This document shows, piece by piece, positions 1-12,106 of a stretch of DNA of 64,000 nucleotides. The stretch lies in contig MU008203.1 in assembly GCA_010909165.1 (NCBI GenBank), positions 1 to 64,000 of the forward strand, given 5' to 3'. Made by a program: the position numbers and the translations under genes. How positions within the stretch are numbered: position 1 is the first letter of the stretch; the number at the start of each line of letters is the position of its first letter. The stretch is from Anthoceros angustus (lineage: Eukaryota; Plantae; Anthocerotophyta). Below the pieces are notes generated by a model. It was given only the letters and a program-made list of their open reading frames with translations. It was not told where the DNA came from and did not search any database.

Positions 1-192
1 CCCGGCTTGACTCCTTCGACTCCCAGCTCGAACTTTCCAATGATCCATGTTCGGCCATTGGGCAAGCACAATTTCGGTGGTGACCTTGGCCATCCTCTCA
101 CGGTCTTCACGGTCTCGCGCCACAACGCCACCTCGCTGCGAATTTCACGGAGGTCGGTCTCGAGTTCCTACCTCCTCGGCAAGGCCGCATGC

Positions 193-3100
193 GCGCGCCT
201 TCCTCCTCTGCGTCGCGCCTCGCGATGCGGGGTTGAGCTCCTTCCCGTCGTTGCGCCTCGCGCCTCCTGCGATCACGGTGCCCGGACCACGGCTCCTCGA
301 CGTCGCGCCCGTCGTCGCGCTCCGCGCTCGCTCCGTCCGGCCCGCGTTGCGCTCCGTTGTTTGAGCAGGATTACATCATTTCCTAGGGTTAAGTTTCCCG
401 GGTTCCCCTACTCTGTTAGACCTCGCTTCCACATCCCAATCCACAACCTCACACTCATTCGGCTACCGTCGGTCGACCCCAACTTATAGACTCTAATTAT
501 TCCAAACCCCCTATCTCACATATATAGACTTTTTTGGGAACATTCCGAGTCCATGGGCCAAGGAACACCAAATTCCGGACCATTTATTTTCTAACCTAGG
601 CAATAAAACAAAAAGAACTCCATAGGCCAAGGACATTTTTACTATGAATATCCCCAACTCTATCAATCGACTTATTTTCACACCACTTTGAAAAAAACAA
701 AAATTCACTTGGGCACATTTTAGCAGGGGTTTCGAGACTAGATCGTTTACATCGGTCGGCAAACACGGTATCATTGGAGCTTGTAGTGTGAAGCTAGCAA
801 TGCAACAAGCGCGAAAGCAAGCCACCAATCTTGGGATGTCATAGCGGAGGAACCCAATTCGGAGTTGGGAAATGTGTTACAATCGGCTATTCGAGGATCT
901 CGCGGACAGCGTTGGCGCACTAATCTATGGCGACCGCCGATGGGGAGGCGGCGGGAGTCGTCTCGCGGCCGCCGGCGGCGTCGGTGCAACAAACATTGCA
1001 AGCGGAAGAAGGCGCGTGGGCAGCGAGCGATCGCCGGTAGAGCGGGGAATGAGCGGCGATCGACTACGCGATCCTTAAGACCACGGCGTGGTTGATGAGT
1101 GGATGAGAGGTGCGAAAGCGACCCGGTGCCGTCGGACTTACTAACCACCCTACGAATGTTGCTTACCGCAACCCCGTAGCGTGCCTTCGCAACATCGGGA
1201 AGTTACGAGTTCGCTAAGATAACATTAGTTCGAAACAACTGCTGTGGTCTCCCTCGCATATGCGTAGATAGGAAAGGCGACACACACACGATTGTTTTTG
1301 ATGCAGCCGCCATCTTCTTACCGTACATTCTACACATGTACACACAAGGCATGTAAGAGACAACTCGTAAGCCATCTTACGTATAACAAGTAAGGCGTCT
1401 TCTTGCTCACGTGGTAAGGCATCTGCACCCAATGTAATGCATGTTACTACCCTAGCGGCGAAGTGAGGTAAGCTTGCGGGCGCAAACCACTCGACAAATC
1501 CCGCGGCGTGCCCACACCTGGGAGGGACCACCCCAACGAGAGCCCCTAGGGCGTGGCATTGTCGTGGTTGGAGGTGCGCGGGTGCTCTGACGTAAGGTGC
1601 CTTGCGCAAGGCATGTTACTGCGGTGAGGTGCCTTACGAGGCGGCGTTGCGTGTAGTGTTGGCAGCACGGCGTTGCGTGTAGGGTTGGCATTGGGTTCGA
1701 TGCGTGGGTTCTGATGGGAGTTGTAACATGGATTACATCTTTGCGATGGCGTCGTTACATGTCATGTATAACATATATGCGTGGGCACCTTCCGGACTCC
1801 GTTTCCCAGCGGTCCCGACCTCGGATCGCGGCGGAGCACACCACCGTGCTCCCGCGCCTTCCTCCTCTGCGTCGCGCCTCGCGATGTCGGCGGCGGGGTT
1901 GAGCTCCTTCCCGTCGTTGCGCCTCGCGCCTCCTGCGATCACGGTGCCCGGACCACGGCTCCTCGACCGGCGCTTGGCCGTCGTCGCGCTCCGCGCTCGC
2001 TCCGTCCGGCCGCCGTTGCGCTCCGTTGTTTGAGCAGGATTACATCATTTCCTAGGGTTAAGTTTCCCGGGTTCCCCTACTCTGTTGACCTCTCGCTTCC
2101 CACATCCCAATCCACAACCTCACACTCATTCATTCTGGTGTCGACCCCAACTTATAGACTCTAATTATTCCAAACCCCCTATCTCACATATATAGACTTT
2201 TTAGGGAACATTCAGTCCATGGGCCAAGGAACACCAAATTCCGGACCATTTATTTTTAACCTAGGCAATAAAACAAAAAGAACTCCATAGGCCAAGGACA
2301 TTTTTACTATGAATATCCCCAACTACCGTCAATCGACTTATTTTCACACCACTTTCATTAAAAACAAAAATTCACTTGAATTTTAGCAGGGGTTTCGAGA
2401 CTAGATCGTTTACATCGGTCGGCAAACACGGTATCATTGGAGAAACTTTGTAGTTAGACGCAAACTAAATGCAAAGCAAGCCACCAATCTTGGGATGTCA
2501 TAGCGGAACCCAATTGAGTTGGGAAATGTGTTACAATCGGCTATTCAGGATCTCGCGGACAACTGTTGGCGCACTAATCTATGGCGACTGCCGATGGGGA
2601 GGCGGCGGGAGTCGTCTACGAAACCGACCATCGGCGGCGTCGGTGCAACAAACATTGCAAGCGGAAGAAGGCGCGTGGGCAGCGAGCGATCGCCCGGCAA
2701 GCAGCGAGGAGACGGAGGCGGCGATCGACTACGCGATCCTTAAGACCACGGCGTAGTTGATGAGTGGATGAGAGGTGCGAAAGCGACCCGGTGCCGTCGG
2801 ACTTACTAACCACCCTACGAATGTTGCTTACCGCAACCCCGTAGCGTGCCTTCGCAACATCGGGAAGTTACGAGTTCGCTAAGATAACATTAGTTCGAAA
2901 CAACTGCTGTGGTCTCCCTCGCATATGCGTAGATAGGAAAGGCGACACACACACGATTGTTTTTGATGCAGCCGCCATCTTCTTACCGTACATTCTACAC
3001 ATGTACACAGAAGGCATGTAAGACACAACTACGTAAGCCATCTTACGTATAACACCGTAAGGCGTCTTCTTGCTCACGTAGTAAGGCACGTTACTGCACC

Positions 3101-3535
3101 CAATGTAATGCATGTTACTACCCTAGCGACGAAGTGAGGTAAGCTTGCGGGCGCAAACCACTCGACAAATCCCGCGGCGTGCCCACACCTGGGAGGGACC
3201 ACCCCAACGAGAGCCCCTAGGGCGTGGCATTGTCGTGGTTGGAGGTGCGCGGTGCTCTGACGTAAGGTGCCTTGCGCAAGGCATGTTACTGCGGTGAGGT
3301 GCCTTACGAGGCGGCGTTGCGTGTAGTGTTGGCAGCACGGCGTTGCGTGTAGGGTTGGCATTGGGTTCGATGCGTGGGTTCTGATGGGAGTTGTAACATG
3401 GATTACATCTTTGCGATGGCGTCGTTACATGTCATGTATAACATATATGCGTGGGCACCTTACCGGAGCTCCGTTTCCCAACGGTCCCGACCTCGGATCG
3501 CGAAGCGGAGCACACCACCGTGCTCCCCGCGCGCC
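193..3535. repeat. Direct tandem duplication of a ~1.67-kb unit (copies ~193-1853 and ~1854-3535)
   Basis: The block ctccgttgtttgagcaggattacatcatttcctagggttaagtttcccggg occurs at ~352 and ~2021 and all following sequence is paired. The copies differ mainly by small indels and begin/end at a shared cgcgcc(c)tt motif. Confidence 0.9.
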
Positions 3536-3641
3536 CTTCTACCTGCGTGAGGGGTCCCTGCTCGCAACCGACTGGTCGGGTACGAAGGGTCCCTCGGGTG
3601 GCCCCACTCCTGGTGTTATATAGAGTATCGGTATGGGACCA

Positions 3642-3870
3642 TAGCGACGAAGTGAGGAAGTGAGTGGCTTGCCCGGACGCAAACCACTCGACAAATCCCC
3701 ACAGCGTGCCCACACCACGGGGGGACCACCCCCAACCGCGGGGGAGCCCCCTAGGACGTGGCATTGTCATGGTTGGAGGTGCGCGGGTGCCCACTACGAC
3801 GTAAGGTGCCTTATGCGCAAGGCATGTTACTGCGACAGTGTTACAGACGACGTTGCGTGTAGTGTTGGCA
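3642..3870. repeat. Diverged partial third copy of an internal part of the 1.67-kb unit
   Basis: tagcgacgaagtgagg...gcaaaccactcgacaaatccc...gcgtgtagtgttggca matches ~3123-3345 and ~1453-1665. Confidence 0.8.
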
Positions 3871-3902
3871 ACTGAACCGGGGTAGGTACTAATGAGTCCT
3901 AA

Positions 3903-4772
3903 ATGGCAGTTGGAGCAGTCCACCTTACTACAAAGCTGGCAACACATACGCAGAAACTGGATGCAGGCAGAAATGGCGTTGGGTGTGCATTCTATGCACC
4001 TCACCGCGCGGTGCTTTTCATCGCCACCGCCCAATGCGAGGCGTTTGCCGAGTGGTTCACCTGGGCCATCTGTGCTCGCCTTCGCCTCGTCGCCTCTCCT
4101 CAGGAATGCCTCGTGGACTTGCTGTCCTTCCATCAACCGCACAATGCCGGGAAAACAAACACTTATCAGGATGGGTTTGAGGGCAGTGGAGTCCTTCGAT
4201 GGGTCCTTTCAGCTGAAGCCCGAGGTTTGTGCCTCCCACTCGCTTTTTCCTATCTGCATCCGTGGTCTTGCAGAGAGTAAGGCTTGGTGCTGGTGTTGGT
4301 GCAGTGCGAGCTGCAGCTGAAGACGATGCTGGGCTCCGAGGCATTCTGCCAGCAGGTGTCTGAGCAGCCGGGAGTGGTGCAGGGATACACGTATGAGTTC
4401 ACAGGGGAGCTGTTTCAGCCTGTGCCATGGAGTTTGCAAACCAAGCACGGCATGCCGCAGGTAATCAATCCCTTTCGATGGCTGCTCCTTGCAAAAACAG
4501 TGAGCTACAAGTCACAGTCTCTTATATGCTTGCAACTGCTGTACTCAGGAGTTCGAGAAATACTTCCACGACAAAGACAATTTTGCCATCGTAAATGTTC
4601 CTCCAAATTTCATGTTCAAAGCCAAGGTAGTACGACCTGAGAAATCTCTAGTGTTAGGGAAAATTCACCTGAAAAGCTACTCACCTTTGCCGATTGCTTT
4701 GCAGATATTTCACCCATCAAGGCTATGTGCCGTGTTCAGAAAAGTTGGAAAAATCGAAAGAGAGTAAGACAG
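3903..4772 (+). CDS. Putative spliced gene of unknown function, convergent with FANCI
   Basis: ORF segments 3903-~4226, ~4304-4459, ~4549-4590 and ~4704-4772 are bounded by GT/AG. They join into ...CELQLKTMLGSEAFCQQVSEQPGVVQGYTYEFTGELFQPVPWSLQTKHGMPQ-EFEKYFHDKDNFAI-IFHPSRLCAVFRKVGKIERE*. The phase of the first junction is unresolved and the family was not recognised. Confidence 0.45.
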
Positions 4773-4905
4773 ACATGGGCTGCAGTTGACGGCTTCACTA
4801 AACCGGGTGAGATTCACTCACATGGTTTGCGGACATCGTATGAGATGTGGCACAACCGGGTGCATCAGCTAACACCAAAATGGTGTCTTGTAGCAGCAGC
4901 AAAGA

Positions 4906-7900
4906 TCAACTAGAGCTGCGATGTTTCTTGGAGGACTTTCTGATGGCACTTTCGTCATCGCTAACTCCCTCCGCTGCACCCCTGGGCCTTCTACTACTTT
5001 GTCCTACAGAGCGAGGACTTGGCCTATTCAGGCTGTGTCTGTTGGGAGTAGTTACATTAGCCACAACTTCATCAGGGTGCACATCTTCCAATTCTTCGCC
5101 CAGCATTTCTTCCTCTTGTCCCCCTTCAGCAATCTCTTCCAGCTCCTCCTCCTGCTCTGACTCCCCTCCGGCCTCTCCGGCTCCCAGTTCTTCACTGTCT
5201 TCATTATCCTGATCTCCGTCGGGATCTTCTTGAGCTTCCTGAGGTCCAGGATTGTATTGCTGCTTGGCTTGTTTGGTGAGATCAAGAATCTTGAAGTCCC
5301 TAGCCGTGCTCCTCTTCGCATGTCTCATAAGGTTGACTTTCGTCAGCTTACTAAGCTGTATCAGGTACTTCTCGTACTCTTCGATACAGAAGATAAGATT
5401 GGGAATTGTCCTTGCTTCCCTTTTGATCTGGTTTACAAAACCCTTGCGTTGTATATTTTCGTGTGGGTCCTGGCATCCAGTGCAGCATTACGGTTATTGA
5501 CTGACCAGCACATACCTGTCCTACCAGCTCTTGCTTCCTGAATAAAATCTGCACAAACGACAGGGTTTCGAAGTAGTTTACCTTTTGCATAGCAGCCACG
5601 AAAGCGTAGAGGGGAACCGTAAGCTTCTTGCAGGTAACTTCAGCCAAGCCCTGGAATTTGAGAGTGGGTGTTGGCTGGAGGTATCCTTTAGGGGCAATGC
5701 AAAGGCGAGTTGCTGCTACAAGACATTTGTATAACTTGATTGCCGTTTTCAAAAGGGTTTCCGCAAGTGCACCTACAAAGACACCATAACTGTTAGTAAG
5801 CCTCAACGAAGTCCTGAGTTTAACATGAAGCAGCAGGCAAACGAACCTGGTAGAGTCATTCCTGTGAAGATGGAGACCAAAGACACGACCGCTTCCACTC
5901 TCGTATGTAACGTTTCCTCTTGCTTCCCCCGAGCAAGATCAGGCCCAGACATCGTCCCTTCTGCTTTTGCATCAGCCTGTTGTCTTAATGTTGACACAAG
6001 CCAGTCGACATCAAGCAGGCTTGTCTCAGCATAGTGCAGTAGGAAACCAGAAAGGGCAGTACGTGTTGACACATTTAAGATGGGGTAGTTGGAAGATGAG
6101 TTGATGGCATCTGCAAGCTCAGTTCCCATAACATACTGGAGCTCCCCAGCCAGAGCTTGCGCAACAGCAAGGTCGTTTGGTGGAGGGCCAAGGCAGGTAG
6201 CCATTGTAGCAAGGGCAGTAGCTGCTACTGGGCTAGTAACGTTGTGCTCTTTACACAGAAGCTCTGCCCAAGCACTGTGCGTCTCCATTTGACATGCAGA
6301 CAGTCTTCTTGTAAGCAATAAAATGACACCAGCCAGGATCTGCACAGCCCAGAGGAGCATTTTCAAGGCATCAGTGTGCACGAAATCTTGCATTGATTTG
6401 AATTATGGGATACCTTGCAAATTTGGAAAAGAAATCTACTGTGATAGCAGTATTTTGCACGGGAAACCACCAACCGTGTCCGACCTGGATCTCCTCCCAC
6501 TGGGAATGGCTCAAAAACTCGATCATGAGCGGTTTAGCGTGCTGGTTGATCCAATCATGGATGAGCCTCCGTTGCTCACTTTTAGCGGCTTCCGCTTCAG
6601 TCTCTTCTTCATTGACAAGTTCAGCATCCGCACGGAGTTCCCTGAATACTTCTGTAAGACAGTTTTGCTGGTCTGCCAACCTTATAAGCTCATCCAAGCA
6701 CTTCACAGCGGTTGAAACAAGGCTCCAACTTGTTCCAGACATCACCTTCTTGCCTTTCCCTGTTCTCGGCTTTTCCTGTGGAATATCCTGTGACATAGCA
6801 TTCACTCCGCAAGTTCTCAATGCCAGCAGCAACTGAGAAAGAGGCCTTGCAAGTATCTTCCAGTTGCTATCTGTCAGGTCGTGAAGCTTGCTCAGAAACT
6901 CAGATTGCTCAGTGCTATCTGTGGACACTGCCTTCAAGTGAGTCCAACAGCTCCTAAGTGCAAAGGAAGCAAGTCTGCAGTAGAAGGCAGGGAGTTGCTG
7001 TGCGGCCTCTGAGACCTCGGGTGCAGGTTGGGAACCATTTTGCTGCTTCACAGATTTCATAATTTTTTCAGCAACCACTAGCAGCAGGTGAGCAATACAA
7101 GGATTTCCAAGGAGAGGCTTGCGCTTCTCTATGGAAGCTCGGGGTACCAGGAACTGCCCCGACTTGCTAGACGCGGGCTTTGCTCGTTCCTTCACAACTT
7201 TTAGTCCACCTTTCCCAAAACCTTTTGCCGATTTCTGGGTCAAAACCTGTTCCAAGGAGTCATGCATCGTCAAGTATGCTTTCAGTTCTTTCTCTGCTTC
7301 GGTCCCCTGACGGCTTAGGTCTGCCACAGCTGCATTCATGAGAACCTCCAAAATACCAAGGAGCATGCGAGCCTGTTCCAAGTTGCTCTCTCCTTCAAGG
7401 GTCTCAGCAGCAAAGTTTTGAGTGTTGTCAAGTTTAAAATCTGAGACCCAACATAGAAAAGAGTAGCTTTCAGAGACAGATCGACCACTTCACTGGGCTT
7501 TTCCCGTGATTCCGTCTAGTTTTCAAGCCACGACTCACCTCCCAGGGACCTGCTTTGCATGCTCTGGCGTAGATTCCTAAAAGCAGCAGCTAAAGCTTCA
7601 CAAGAGGAGCCTTTGCCAATCTGTGAAATATGAACAGAATGTGAAATGAAAATTGGAAAATCCTCATGAGCCTGGAGACGTTTCTTTGGGAAATCCTCAT
7701 GTAGCAATTCATGTTTGTACCTCTTGTTCTGGAGTCAAGGTGAACCCAAAGTCATATGCTGATTCTTGCCCTTGTCCTCCAAGCAGTAACTGCAGTTGGT
7801 ATATGCATGATACTAAGTGGTGGACTGGCTCCTCAAATGCACACTCCCATCCTGAATCTTCACGCAAGAGCTCAGCTTCAATGTTCCAGAGCTGCTCTGA

Positions 7901-10900
7901 AGGGTACATCACGGCCAAGGTTCATCAGGATCTCCTCCCACTGGGAATGGCTCAAAAACTCGATCATGAGCGGTTTAGCGTGCTGGTTGATCCAATCATG
8001 GATGAGCCTCCGTTGCTCACTTTTAGCGGCTTCCGCTTCAGTCTCTTCTTCATTGACAAGTTCAGCATCCGCACGGAGTTCCTGAATACTTCTGTAAGAC
8101 AGTTTTGCTGGTCTGCCAACCTTATAAGCTCATCCAAGCACTTCACAGCGGTTGAAACAAGGCTCCAACTTGTTCCAGACATCACCTTCTTGCCTTTCCC
8201 TGTTCTCGGCTTTTCCTGTGGAATATCCTGTGACATAGCATTCACTCCGCAGTTCTCAATGCCAGCAGCAACTGAGAAAGAGGCCAAGTATCTTCCAGTT
8301 GCTATCTGTCAGGTCGTGAAGCTTGCTCAGAAACTCAGATTGCTCAGTGCTATCTGTGGACACTGCCTTCAAGTGAGTCCAACAGCTCCTAAGTGCAAGG
8401 AAGCAAGTCTGCAGTAGAAGGCAGGAGTTGCTGTGCGGCCTCTGAGACCTCAGGTGCAGGTTGGGAACCATTTTGCTGCTTCACAGATTTCATAATTTTT
8501 TCAGCAACCACTAGCAGCAGGTGAGCAATACAAGGATTTCCAAGGAGAGGCTTGCGCTTCTCTATGGAAGCTCGGGGTACCAGGAACTGCCCCGACTTGC
8601 TAGACGCGGGCTTTGCTCGTTCCTTCACAACTTTTAGTCCACCTTTCCCAAAACCTTTTGCCGATTTCTGGGTCAAAACCTGTTCCAAGGAGTCATGCAT
8701 CGTCAAGTATGCTTTCAGTTCTTTCTCTGCTTCGGTCCCCTGACGGCTTAGGTCTGCCACAGCTGCATTCATGAGAACCTCCAAAATACCAAGGAGCATG
8801 CGAGCCTGTTCCAAGTTGCTCTCTCCTTCAAGGGTCTCAGCAGCAAAGTTTTGAGTGTTGTCAAGTTTAAAATCTGAGACCCAACATAGAAAAGAGTAGC
8901 TTTCAGAGACAGATCGACCACTTCACTGGGCTTTCCCGTGATTCCGTCTAGTTTTCAAGCCACGACTCACCTCCCAGGGACCTGCTTTGCATGCTCTGGC
9001 GTAGATTCCTAAAAGCAGCAGCTAAAGCTTCACAAGAGGAGCCTTTGCCAATCTGTGAAATATGAACAGAATGTGAAATGAAAATTGGAAAATCCTCATG
9101 AGCCTGGAGACGTTTCTTTGGGAAATCCTCATGTAGCAATTCATGTTTGTACCTCTTGTTCTGGAGTCAAGGTGAACCCAAAGTCATATGCTGATTCTTG
9201 CCCTTGTCCTCCAAGCAGTAACTGCAGTTGGTATATGCATGATACTAAGTGGTGGACTGGCTCCTCCAAATGCACACTCCCATCCTGAATCTTCACGCAA
9301 GAGCTCAGCTTCAATGTTCCAGAGCTGCTCTGAAGGGTACATCACGGCCAAGGTTCATCAGGATCTCCCTCGTGGCAGGAGGGTGAGATGAACAAGGTTT
9401 ACTTGGACTGACTTTACCTCGCTGTATTCATACAGGCGACGGAAATGGGACCAAACAAGATCAAAAATCGCTTCTGATGAACGAGGATCAACAAGCAACA
9501 GCCTTGGGAGCCCCTTGTACATCGTTTCCCTCACTATGGCCTGCAAGGAATTGAATAGCCGACAGTGGGGTCATGGCTGGACCATGCACAACTGTCACCT
9601 TAACTGGAAGTAGCGACTCCCCATACCTGCTGTGAAAGGCAACGTCGCAGCAATCCAAGGAGGTCATGTAGCAGGCTGAAACCCCTTCCACTATTGCTCT
9701 TCTTCTCTCTCTGACTGAAACTCTGACTGCAGCTAGCTTCACTGGCAGAATGTGGCACGGAATCTGAATCCTGCAGCTTGTCTGCAATCATAAGGTCGAC
9801 GATACCTTGCACTGCAGTCATTCTGGCACCGGCATCTCGACTAAACATTGCCTTTCTTAGCACCAAAACTGTGTAGTCCTGAAGGAGGAGCACCAAGACA
9901 CCTATCTACGTTCAGTGAACAAGTTCGAACAGCTGAAAGTTCTGAACTTTGGCAACAGCATGAACTGAGACAAGACTGATGACTCAGAGAGAAAGTACCT
10001 GGAGATCCTGGCTCAGTTGAAATAGTGGACAAAAAGCACGGATGAGAGTTGATGCAGCCGCCGAATGAAGGAATGTAAAATAATCTAAGCACTCCTTCAA
10101 GCGGGATGAATGCTCCAGCATCAGCTGAGGATACTTTTGTACAAGTTGAGCAAGCATGCTGCACAGTCAGTACGCCACAGTGGCCAGCAGCATTATGCGC
10201 AATGCAGTAGAGAAATAGGGCTGGGAAATGAAATGGCAGGACATGACGAAGACTGACACAAAAGCAAACACTCAATCTGATGTAAGAATCAACGAGAGTG
10301 ATCTCGACCTGCCTGATTATCGGAGAGCTGTTTTGTGGTTTGAGGCCAATAATTCTGCATTTGCTTTGCTCGATAATCTGCACCACATATACATGCTGGG
10401 TGAGGAACCTGGCCACAGATGTGGGTCACGTTGTGCAGTCACTGGGCCATTTCAACGTGATGAGGGCATCACCTCATCACGTGCAATAGCATGTGCTTCA
10501 AATGCCGCAGTCAATACTTGGGCTCCCAATTCCTGGCTGCCTGAAAGTGATATCCTTCCAGTGTCCACGAGAGCAGACCTTGCTGTTGGCCCCGACTCAA
10601 CCAACATGAACCCAATTTGCACTACACTAGGAATGATATGGTCCCATCCAAAACTGTTGCTCTCCACCTGTTAGAAGAGACAATCCGTGATCAGAGTCTG
10701 ATGTGGAGCGTGCCTGGTGGATGCAGATAGAGAGTATCATGGGTTTCAGGATGTACAGTACGCATGAATGACTGGGCCAGAACTTGCGCTCTGCGATTAC
10801 ACCGCAACCCTAGCGCAGCTGATGCCCAAGGAGATTCTCTGCGTCCCAAACAGAGTCGTCGTCAGAAACAGCTCGTCTTGAACAAGGAAAGTGCAAGACA

Positions 10901-12106
10901 AAATAAAACTTGCATTCCACCAGACGACAGGAACCTGCAGTGCTGAGTGTCCTGGTATGCCTTGAGGGCAGCTGCTTTGAGAATATCGTATGCCGGCTGT
11001 TCAAATCGTGGAATGCGAGATATGGATAGCAGCACGGAGACTGTAAATGGTGTCAGAGACTGTCCAGCGCGCAGCAACTGAAGCCACTCCTTCCCCAGAG
11101 TGGGATCCTGCTTCACAGCAAAATTGATGTGCAGCACGACCGTTCCTTCAATCTGACGATTAACAAGGTTCCTCCCGCCAGCCGAGCTTCTTCTCGGCTT
11201 ACTCGCCGTGCTCCACTTGTTGAAGAAGGCCACCAAGCCCTTGAGCACGATGCGCTTGAAGCCCTTGGAGGCGAGCAGAAGGAGCTGGTACACCACAGCC
11301 GGCAGCTCCTGCGGCTCCGCTTCCTTCACATGCTGGAACACCTTCTTCAGCAGCATCTCCATATGCTGCACGTTCACAGGAAGCTCACGGAGTATGGTGA
11401 CAATCCTCATGAGAAACAGTCGGGGCCACGGAATCGTGGCAAGCCGCTCTACCACTTCACTCAAATACACATGCCCGCTGATCCTGCGTTCCTCACCATC
11501 CTCAGCATCCTCCGAACAAACCACCACCGGGTCAGCCGAGGTGACCAAAAGCAGCAGGCACCTTGGCAGCAGCTCCAGAGTTCCCGCGGTGGACATACCG
11601 GCAGTTCTCGTATGCGCCTCCCCCAGGCTCTGCAGGTGCGCCAGAATGGACTCCACAACCTTGGGGATGTGCTGCCGGGGAAGAAGTTCCATCTGCTGCG
11701 ACAGAAACGCAACACAATCCAGCACCTTCTTGTCGACCTCCAGCCTCTCCGAGTGCACCAGGTGCAGCACTCGCAAGGTGACCAGCAGCAGCAAATGCGA
11801 CGCTTTGGAGGTGTCATCCTCCCGTGCCAGCGGGCAAAGCGCGTGGAACAGAGCCCTAGCGTACTCCATCACCGCCTGCCCCGCCTGCGCAAGGCGGCAC
11901 CGCTTGTCGAATGCGCCCAGTATGACATCCTCCTGGTGCGACAGAATCAGCTCGGTGATGCGCTGCCGCGCTGAAGAATTCTGCGTGATGCAAACCGACT
12001 TCGTCTCACCCACAATCTCCTCGTCCACATCCAGCTGCCCTTCCGCCTGCGCCTGCGCATGCGCATGCGCCTCCGCCATAGCCTCCGCCATAGCTCCTGT
12101 CGCCAC
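4906..12106 (-). CDS. FANCI: Fanconi anemia complementation group I protein homolog (multi-exon)
   Basis: FANCI-like motifs recognised in successive minus-strand exons: [75 protein letters not shown] and LLRRCLSQQ. The acidic C-terminal exon is in ORF 4906-5328. The 3' end is approximate. Confidence 0.88.
6487..9368. repeat. Intragenic tandem duplication (~1.44 kb) inside FANCI
   Basis: 6487-7927 and 7928-9360 are near identical (e.g. the [17 protein letters not shown] at 7381 and 8814). GGATCTCC occurs at 6487, 7928 and 9361. Confidence 0.92.
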
